From Rhizomicrobium sp. (GTDB lineage: Bacteria > Pseudomonadota > Alphaproteobacteria > Micropepsales > Micropepsaceae), in NCBI GenBank assembly GCA_035944195.1, contig DASZBL010000024.1, positions 8,720 to 40,719 on the forward strand: a DNA stretch of 32,000 nt. Direction: 5' to 3'. Positions 25,741 to 32,000 of this stretch are shown here, one piece after another. The notes under the pieces are model-generated. The model made no database searches, had not been told where the DNA came from, and worked only from the letters and a program-made list of their open reading frames with translations. Numbering within the stretch: the first letter of the stretch is position 1; each line of letters starts with the position of its first letter. Position numbers and translations under genes: made by a program.

Positions 25741-27323
25741 GGCGCACGCCTCAGAGCACCGTTCAAATCGAGTTCGATTATGCGAGCAGCGCTTTGCGAA
25801 GTGGCACTTCCGATTTGAATGACGAAATCGGCTGCGGCGGCAGACGACACCAAAATGGTTTCGGCCCTCCCCGCCAGAGCGATTGCTTCGGGCGGAAGAT
25901 TCTCGTTCGGCTGAACGATCACGCTTAATTTGGCTTTGGCGAGGGCGATCTCGGCGGCGCGGCGCTGAACGGGGGATGCAAGCGCCGTGCGCAATACAAG
26001 CACGCGCTCCGGGTAGCGCTTCGTCAAATCATCTAATAGATACGGAAAGCCTGTGTCGAAGCCACTTTGGGGCGCGCCGCCGCCATGAAGCGCCAGCGTG
26101 AGATCGCGCAGGATCGTCTGCTTCACGCGGTCGAGTTGGGCGGGAATGGCGCGCACCGAAAGCCGGTCGAGATCGCGGATTTCGGGCGTCAGCGATTCAT
26201 AGGGAACCAGCAGCGGCGTCAGCTTCGCGGCATCGTCGCGCGTTTCGCCATAGCGCCAGCCATCCAGCATCTGCACGGCAGCCCAGCGCTGATGCTCCAT
26301 TTCGGCGAGCGCTTCCCGTTCTTCCGTCGTGAACGCGAAGCGCGGGCCGCCATCCGCCGGAACGATGTGGCAGGAAATCGCCGCGAGCTTGCAGGCGATG
26401 TGATCGGCCTGATGGCGCGACGCGGCGCGGAAGCGCTCGGGCAGCGCGTCCCATGGCTGCATGCTGGGACGAATGCCGATTGTGTGGCCCGCTTGCCGCC
26501 GCTCTTCGAGATAGAGTTCGTGAATGGCCTGCGCCTGCAAATCGGCGGGGTCTGAAAACAGCGCCGCCACGGCCTCGCGCCAATCGGTTTGCAGCACGGC
26601 AATCGTTCCGGCGGGTGCTGGGCCAGCGCAAGGAAGCCAGTAGACCGGCACAAACCAATCGGGATGTTTCTGCGCATTCCATATCGCAGCATCGGCGACA
26701 TAGATAGCGGATGCAGCGCCATCCCAGTTTTCGGTTGCCGCAAGCGTTCCGATTTCTTTCAGCGCGGGCAACGAAGATGTAAGCGCATCGAGCCAGCGTT
26801 CGCCGCCCACAATCGTCGCGCGCGGCTTGACGCCGGGCAAATGCATCATGCGGAAAAGCTGAAGCAGAATTTGCTCGGCTTCCGCGCCCGTGCCGAAAAT
26901 AACCGGCTGCGGTGCTTGCGCGTCATAGTTCAACCGGCCGAATGGATGATCGAGCAGCAGACGCCGCGCCATGCGCTGCGATGCCGATAGTGGGCGCACG
27001 CGCAAACCATTGCCGGTTTCTGAATCGAAATCCTGTATGGCAGTGAGCGCGGCTTGCGTTTCCGCGGCAATGGCGAAAATTGTTTGCTGCCCGGAGATCT
27101 GCCAGCCTGCAGCCGCCTTACGCGCTGCATCGAGATCGGTCTGTTCGTCGCCGCTGGCGAATATCACGCAGGTGGGTGATTTTTGATCAGAAAGCGCCGC
27201 AACATCGGGCAAACGCGTGACGTGATAGCCTGCGCCTATCGCGCCTTGCACAATCGGCTCAACCGCACCCACAACGACAAGCTCGCCGCCCGGCTTAATC
27301 GCGCGTTGCAGCCATTTCAGCAT
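25731..27323 (-). CDS. Soluble paralog (530 aa): two degenerate Rossmann-like domains + RyR-like repeat module + C-terminal alpha/beta extension
   Basis: Track ORF 25731..27686 is over-extended across the lipoprotein gene. ATG 27323 (MLKWLQRAIKPGGELVVVG...) overlaps the lipoprotein stop by 7 nt. RyR-like module (res ~262-396, nt 26136-26540): QAIHELYLEE...WDALPERFRAASRHQADHIACKL...ALAEMEHQRWAAVQMLDGWRYGETRDDAAKLTPLLVPYESLTPEIRDLDRLSVRAIP. It is collinear with the 22350-24272 protein. No TM helix was seen. Confidence 0.82.
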   Translation of the reverse strand: MLKWLQRAIKPGGELVVVGAVEPIVQGAIGAGYHVTRLPDVAALSDQKSPTCVIFASGDEQTDLDAARKAAAGWQISGQQTIFAIAAETQAALTAIQDFDSETGNGLRVRPLSASQRMARRLLLDHPFGRLNYDAQAPQPVIFGTGAEAEQILLQLFRMMHLPGVKPRATIVGGERWLDALTSSLPALKEIGTLAATENWDGAASAIYVADAAIWNAQKHPDWFVPVYWLPCAGPAPAGTIAVLQTDWREAVAALFSDPADLQAQAIHELYLEERRQAGHTIGIRPSMQPWDALPERFRAASRHQADHIACKLAAISCHIVPADGGPRFAFTTEEREALAEMEHQRWAAVQMLDGWRYGETRDDAAKLTPLLVPYESLTPEIRDLDRLSVRAIPAQLDRVKQTILRDLTLALHGGGAPQSGFDTGFPYLLDDLTKRYPERVLVLRTALASPVQRRAAEIALAKAKLSVIVQPNENLPPEAIALAGRAETILVSSAAAADFVIQIGSATSQSAARIIELDLNGALRRAPWQ

Positions 27324-27934
27324 CGCGCGGATTGCGGCGCGTTGACCGCGCTCGCGGCCATGTCTTGTGTGAGATGCACAAGCACCTGACGAAATGCTTC
27401 GTCGAACGCCGCCTCGATTCCTGCCGCACCATCGCCGGCCCGCGGCTGCTGTGCGCAATAAGAGCCCATCAGAAACGCCTGCCGCTGCGGCCCTTTGAGA
27501 ATGGTCACTTCCAGATCGACAATCGCCGTGCCGTCTGCGGAAAGCTCGAAGCGGTCGAGCCGCGCCGAGAGCATGTAGTCCGCAATTCCCGGCAGATCGG
27601 GCGCAAATACGGCGTCCGCGATCTTTGCCGCGCGCAATACCTGCGTGACGACGATGGAAGCGGCCTGCGGCGGGGTTTCCTCCCACAGGAAACTTGCCGA
27701 TTGCTTGCGCTCGTTGGGCGCTTGCGCGTCGAAATAGACCAGACGCCGCTCGCCCAGAAGACCGCGCGCCTGAAATGGCTGCACCTGGAGCGCGCCTTGC
27801 AAATGCGTGGCGGCAACAGGCATTTCGGACGGCGCATCCAGCCGCATGTTGCGGCTTTCCGGTGCGGTGCTGCAGGCCGCCAGCATCGACGCCGCAAACA
27901 GCACAACCAATCGAAAGGAAGAAATGTTTCGCAT
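27317..27934 (-). CDS. ABC-type transport auxiliary lipoprotein (PqiC/YmbA-like, DUF330-type)
   Basis: Lipoprotein signal peptide with lipobox LAAC (Cys21, nt 27872-27874). About 200 aa, positioned directly after an MCE gene as is usual for this family. Begins 3 nt after the MlaD-like stop. Confidence 0.75.
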   Translation of the reverse strand: MRNISSFRLVVLFAASMLAACSTAPESRNMRLDAPSEMPVAATHLQGALQVQPFQARGLLGERRLVYFDAQAPNERKQSASFLWEETPPQAASIVVTQVLRAAKIADAVFAPDLPGIADYMLSARLDRFELSADGTAIVDLEVTILKGPQRQAFLMGSYCAQQPRAGDGAAGIEAAFDEAFRQVLVHLTQDMAASAVNAPQSARC

Positions 27935-27937
27935 GCG

Positions 27938-28867
27938 CTATCTCGGTTTGGTGTCGGCTGGATCGCCAAGCGCGCGGCCGCTGACCATCGCGCGTGGATC
28001 GTCGCGAAGCTTGGCGGTGATCTCCTTCAGATCGGCACTCGCCGCCTGCATGTTCGCAGCGATGGAGGCCATCGATGTCGCGGTCACGCCCAGAATATAG
28101 CGCAGATCGGTGACCGACGAACCCACCGGCTCCGCATTTTTGTGCACCAGCCCGTTCATTTCGGTGGCAGCGAGACTTGCCTGCTTGGACGTGGCCGCAA
28201 GATTGTCGATCATCGATGCGATCTGGCGCTGGCGCTTGTCGTTCAGCAAGCCGCGCGCGGTTTCGCTGATAGCCTGCACATTGGTCAGCGTTGCGTTCAT
28301 GCGCGCGATGAGCGCGACCGATCCGTTCGCCGAAGCGCCGCCGGCCTTAATCTCTTCCGGCGTCGGTGCCAGCGCACGCAGCACGGTGTTCACGCGTTCA
28401 ACCGTATCGCGGGTGGTGTTGATCGTCTGCAGGGTCAGCTCGATCATGCTGGGATGATGCCCGCAACCGCGCAATTGCGCGCCCGGCAGCGAAGGGTCGT
28501 AAGTGGGTTCGGGACAATCCTTGCCGCGCGCGATGCTCAAGGTCGCGGGTTGCAGCGGATTGGGCGCGTCGATCACCAGCCCGACATCGCGCATATCCTC
28601 CGTCTGCCAATCGGGATCGAGCCGCACGCGCACCAGAAACCGCCGCTCGCGCAGATGCTGCTCGATGCGCGTGACATGGCCGATCACGAAGCCTTCATCT
28701 TTTACCGCCGCGCCTTCGCCCAGATTGGCAACGTTCTTGAATACCGCGACATAAGGATGGCGCCGGTCCAGCACCTCTGGCGCGAAGGCAGCGACAAGCG
28801 CCACCACGACCAGAATGGCGATGGTTGCAAGGCCAAGCCGGAATTGCAGAACAGGATCAGGACGCAT
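27938..28867 (-). CDS. MlaD/MCE-domain protein (309 aa), first gene of the operon
   Basis: N-terminal TM LGLATIAILVVVALVAAF. MCE-domain signature YVAVFKNVANLGEGAAVKDEGFVIGHVTRIE...RVRLDPDW. A long helical C-terminal region. Confidence 0.85.
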   Translation of the reverse strand: MRPDPVLQFRLGLATIAILVVVALVAAFAPEVLDRRHPYVAVFKNVANLGEGAAVKDEGFVIGHVTRIEQHLRERRFLVRVRLDPDWQTEDMRDVGLVIDAPNPLQPATLSIARGKDCPEPTYDPSLPGAQLRGCGHHPSMIELTLQTINTTRDTVERVNTVLRALAPTPEEIKAGGASANGSVALIARMNATLTNVQAISETARGLLNDKRQRQIASMIDNLAATSKQASLAATEMNGLVHKNAEPVGSSVTDLRYILGVTATSMASIAANMQAASADLKEITAKLRDDPRAMVSGRALGDPADTKPR

Positions 28868-28991
28868 GGAATATGATCGACCTTCGACCTCTGTGGTCTA
28901 TCATGATTGGCGCGCCGGTTGAACCCGCTTCCAATTCGCGCTGCGGCATGCTGGACTGAGCGGGCCTCATTGAATTGATCCCCTCATTTCC

Positions 28992-31900
28992 ATGCAGCCA
29001 TTGCGGATTTTTGTCTCTTCGCCCTCGGATGTGAATCCGGAGCGCGCGGCTGCCGCCCGTGTGATCGACAGGCTGGGCCGCGAATTCGGCGGTTTCTTCG
29101 CCATCCAGGCCGAATTGTGGGAGCAGGAGCCGCTGCGCGCCACGGCGGATTTTCAGGGGCAGATCCCGCGCCCCTCAGAAGCCGATATCGTGCTGGTGGT
29201 GGTGTGGTCGCGATTGGGCACGCGGCTGGCGCCGGGCAGCTTCAAGGGCTCACTGAGCGGCGGTGCGGTGACCGGCACCGAGTGGGAATTCGAGGATGCC
29301 GCCCGCAGCTTTCGCGAGCGCGGCGTGCCCGATCTGCTCTTCTATCGCAAGACCGCGCGCATCGACATCGCACTTGGCGATGATAATGCCATCGAGCAGC
29401 GGCGCGAAGAAAAGCGTCACCTCGATCAATTCCTGCAGAGCTGGTTCTTCACCGAGACGGCGGAGTTCAAGGGCGCGTTTTCGTCTTTCACCACCACGCA
29501 TGAATTCGAACTCATCGTTGAGCAGCATCTGCGCAAGCTTATTCAGGCGCGCGTGAATGCGCTGGATGTGGCCTCCGCTCAGGCCCCGCCGGCGCGCTGG
29601 CAGGGCGGCTCGCCGTTCCGCGGGCTCGAGCCGTTCGACGTGGAACATGCGGGAATTTTCTACGGCCGCAGCCGCGCGCGCATGGAAGTGCGCGAAGCGT
29701 TGACAACGCGCGCCGCGCAAGGCGCTGCGTTTGTCTTGCTGCTCGGGATGAGCGGTTCGGGAAAATCCTCGCTGGTGCGCGCGGCGTTGATCCCAGATCT
29801 CGCCGTGCCCGGCATGATCGAGCAGGTGGGATTGTTCCGCTATGCGCTGCTGCGGCCTTCGGATTCGCCTGCCGATCCGCTCGCCGCATTGGCCGAGGCG
29901 CTGATTGCGGATTCGGCGCTGCCCGAATTGGAAAGCATGGGTTGGAATGCCGCGCGAATTGCAGAGCAGCTTGGCTCCGCGCCTGAAGATATGCTGCCGG
30001 TTCTCGAAGAAGCATTGGAAAAGGCAGGCGTCGCAGCGGGCCTTCTGGAAGGCGCAAAGGCGCGGCTGTTGCTCGCTGTCGATCAACTCGAAGAATTGTT
30101 CACGCTGACGGGCCTTGAACCCGAAACGCGCGACCGCTTTATCAATGCGCTGCATGTTCTGGCGCGCAGCGGCACGGTGTGGGTCATCGCCACAATGCGC
30201 AGCGACATGTTCCATCATCTGGCGTCGGCGCCGCGGCTCGCGGAACTGGCGGAAGGTGTGGGCCAATATCATTTGCTGCCGCCGCAGCCTTCGGAGATTT
30301 CGCAGATCATCCGCGAGCCGGCATCGGCAGCGGGCCTGCGCTTCGAGATCGACCCGAAAACCAATGTCGGGCTCGATGAAGTTTTGCATGAGGCGATGGA
30401 AGATGATCCCGCGGCGTTGCCGCTGCTCGAATTCACGCTGGACGAATTGTTCAAGACGCGCACGGCGCGCGGCGTGCTGACTTACGAAGCCTATAATCGC
30501 CTCGGCGGAATCGAGGGCGCGCTGGCGCGGCGCGCGGAAGATGTTTTCGCGGGCCTTCCCGGCGATACGCAGAATGCCTTTGCTTCCGTCGCGTGTGCGC
30601 TTGTCGTGCAGCAGCGTGGCAGCGGCGGCGGATTCGCGGCGCGGCGCGCACCCTGGAGCGAATTTGCGAACGATTCCGCGCGCGCGGCATTGGTGGATGC
30701 TTTCGTCGCGGCGCGCCTCTTCGTGACCGATGCGGGCGAAGGCAGTGCGCGCACCATTCGCGTGGCGCATGAAGCGTTGTTCCGTTGCTGGCCTCGCATG
30801 CGCGAGGCGCTGGAGCGCGATGCGGCATTTCTCGTCGCGCGCGAAAGGCTGGCAACCGCTACTGAGCGCTGGCTTGCCGAAGACCGCGCGCCCGATTTCC
30901 TGCTGCAAGAGGGCCGCGTTCTGGCGGAAGCCGAAGAATTGCTGCAGACGCGCGGCAATGACCTCGACCCCACCGTACAGGAATTCATCGCCACTTCGGC
31001 AGAGGCCGTACACAGGCGGCGCACGCGCGGTTTGCGCTGGGCCCGCGCAATTGCTGCGGGGTTTGCGCTGATTGCCATAATCGCGGGGGGGGCCGGATGG
31101 TTCGCCTTGCAAAATCGCGACGCGGCCGAGCACGCGCGCAATGAAGCGGTTGAGCGGCGCGACGGCGCACTGCGCTCGGAAAGTTTTTTCCTGGCGGCAC
31201 TTTCCTACAAATCGACCAAATCGGGCGATCCTGTCAGCGGCGCGCTGCTGGCGCGCGCAGCCATGCCTCGCGAGATTGCCAAACCCGACCGCCCCCTGGT
31301 GAATGAAGCGCGCGATGCGCTGGCCTACGCGCTGGCGAGTTTGAAAGAGGAACGCGGCGTTATCCGCCATTCGGGCGACAAGGTGCAGGCGTCTTTTTTC
31401 CCCAACGGCACGGTCGGAAGCATCGGCGGCAATGATCCGCTGCGTCTGTCGCGCGTGCCTGACGGCAAGGAGATCGCGCATTTCGGAGACCACGCGCCCG
31501 GCAATGCATGGATCAACGACGATGGCAGCCAGATCATTCTGCTCGATGGCGAAAATCTGAAATTCTTCGACAGCGCGACGGGAAAACAGACAAGACAGCT
31601 CCCGCTGGCCAAGCGCGCCGACGGTCTGGTGAATGTCATTATAGATACACCCCTGTCGCGCGCAGCACTTTATTATGCGGGCGCTGGCGCGGAATTGATC
31701 GCGCTGCCGCATGGGCGTGTGCTGACGAAATTCGGCAATGCTTCGCCCGTTCTGCTGATGCAGCTTGCGGGCAAATCCTTGCTGTGGGCCGATGTGGCGG
31801 GCGATTTGGTTTTGCAGAACGCAAGCGACGGCGGCGGGATACGCCCGCTTGTCGGACATAAAGGGATGGTGACGGCGATTGCGTTGTCGCCCGATCTCGC

Positions 31901-32000
31901 TGCGAGCGGCGGCATCGATGGAACGGTGCGGCTTTGGTCGATAGCGGATGGAAGCCCGCGCGGCGTGTTCCAGCATGGCAGCCCGGTGCTGAATCTTCAG
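28992..32000 (+). CDS. TIR-like/DUF4062-like N-terminal domain + STAND P-loop NTPase (nSTAND1-like) + TM helix + WD40 repeats; partial (open at the right window edge)
   Basis: Not in the ORF track because there is no stop in the window. I read frame 0 from ATG 28992 to 32000 codon by codon over most of its length and found no stop (1003 codons). N-terminus: MQPLRIFVSSPSDVNPER...ADIVLVVVWSRLGT...GTEWEFEDA...PDLLFYRK. NTPase entry motif SPFRGLEPFDVEHAGIFYGR. Walker A GMSGSGKSS (29745-29768). Walker B LLLAVDQLEELF (~30066-30101). TM WARAIAAGFALIAIIAGGAGWFAL (~31038-31112). WD40 blade GHKGMVTAIALSPDLAASGGIDGTVRLWS (~31854-31940). Confidence 0.85.
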   Translation, partial: MQPLRIFVSSPSDVNPERAAAARVIDRLGREFGGFFAIQAELWEQEPLRATADFQGQIPRPSEADIVLVVVWSRLGTRLAPGSFKGSLSGGAVTGTEWEFEDAARSFRERGVPDLLFYRKTARIDIALGDDNAIEQRREEKRHLDQFLQSWFFTETAEFKGAFSSFTTTHEFELIVEQHLRKLIQARVNALDVASAQAPPARWQGGSPFRGLEPFDVEHAGIFYGRSRARMEVREALTTRAAQGAAFVLLLGMSGSGKSSLVRAALIPDLAVPGMIEQVGLFRYALLRPSDSPADPLAALAEALIADSALPELESMGWNAARIAEQLGSAPEDMLPVLEEALEKAGVAAGLLEGAKARLLLAVDQLEELFTLTGLEPETRDRFINALHVLARSGTVWVIATMRSDMFHHLASAPRLAELAEGVGQYHLLPPQPSEISQIIREPASAAGLRFEIDPKTNVGLDEVLHEAMEDDPAALPLLEFTLDELFKTRTARGVLTYEAYNRLGGIEGALARRAEDVFAGLPGDTQNAFASVACALVVQQRGSGGGFAARRAPWSEFANDSARAALVDAFVAARLFVTDAGEGSARTIRVAHEALFRCWPRMREALERDAAFLVARERLATATERWLAEDRAPDFLLQEGRVLAEAEELLQTRGNDLDPTVQEFIATSAEAVHRRRTRGLRWARAIAAGFALIAIIAGGAGWFALQNRDAAEHARNEAVERRDGALRSESFFLAALSYKSTKSGDPVSGALLARAAMPREIAKPDRPLVNEARDALAYALASLKEERGVIRHSGDKVQASFFPNGTVGSIGGNDPLRLSRVPDGKEIAHFGDHAPGNAWINDDGSQIILLDGENLKFFDSATGKQTRQLPLAKRADGLVNVIIDTPLSRAALYYAGAGAELIALPHGRVLTKFGNASPVLLMQLAGKSLLWADVAGDLVLQNASDGGGIRPLVGHKGMVTAIALSPDLAASGGIDGTVRLWSIADGSPRGVFQHGSPVLNLQ

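Noticed and set aside
24269-25747. 492-aa ORF suggesting a large fused ATPase
   Set aside because: Its N-terminal ~265 aa are Arg-rich and overlap the MlaE-like permease gene in another frame. The ABC domain begins at ATG 24952, which forms an ATGA overlap with the permease stop.
25731-27686. 651-aa version of the soluble RyR-like protein
   Set aside because: Its first 121 codons overlap the lipoprotein gene and translate to Arg/Gly-rich junk. ATG 27323 sits at the lipoprotein stop, matching the coupling pattern of the rest of the operon.
21718-28876. Plus-strand ORFs antisense to the lipid operon (21718..22779, 23799..24707, 26067..26555, 27332..28876 at 514 aa)
   Set aside because: Same shadow-ORF argument. 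The minus-strand genes carry clear catalytic or structural motifs and tile the region without gaps.
29250-31976. 908-aa minus-strand ORF, the longest entry in this part of the ORF track
   Set aside because: It is an antisense shadow of the plus-strand STAND gene. Its translation is Arg/Ala/Gln-rich low-complexity sequence with no recognisable motif. The opposite strand reads clean TIR-like, Walker A/B, TM and WD40 motifs in a frame that is open to the window edge.
19660-32000. Apparent GC difference between the receptor array and the 21-32 kb block, as evidence of horizontal transfer
   Set aside because: By eye the TBDR and OMP genes look less GC-rich. This is expected from their Asn/Tyr/Phe/Thr/Lys-rich outer-membrane composition, and the interleaved sigma and FecR-like genes look as GC-rich as the right-hand block. 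It needs a computed GC3/codon-usage comparison before any claim. No tRNA, integrase or direct-repeat island borders were seen.

Overview
This 32 kb window comes from a GC-rich diderm (Gram-negative) genome. An alphaproteobacterial origin is only a guess from protein flavour. I saw no rRNA, tRNA, CRISPR array, transposase or integrase. There are four blocks. (1) 1-19.7 kb, all on the minus strand: a tandem array of paralogous cell-surface-signalling cassettes. Each cassette runs ECF sigma, FecR-like anti-sigma, a very large TonB-dependent receptor (TBDR) with an N-terminal signalling domain, then a ~385-aa outer-membrane protein, and ends in its own rho-independent terminator. Three cassettes are complete, and the sigma gene of a fourth runs off the left edge. 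(2) 20.0-21.2 kb, plus strand: an OmpA-C-like peptidoglycan-binding protein and a small exported protein. (3) 21.2-28.9 kb, minus strand: a seven-gene operon in which six consecutive junctions are overlapping or nearly abutting. Its order is MlaD/MCE protein, PqiC-like lipoprotein, soluble Rossmann+RyR-like protein, MlaE-like permease, MlaF-like ATPase with degenerate catalytic motifs, 2-TM Rossmann+RyR-like protein, patatin-like phospholipase. I do not recognise this composition as a described system, and it is my main candidate for something new. (4) 28,992 to the right edge, plus strand, divergent from that operon: a long ORF that is missing from the supplied ORF track because it has no stop in the window. 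It encodes a TIR-like/DUF4062-like N-terminal domain, a STAND P-loop NTPase, one TM helix and WD40 repeats. Many long ORFs in the track are antisense shadow ORFs or over-extended N-termini, which is typical of high-GC DNA. All family assignments come from motifs read by eye, and no searches or computations were run.
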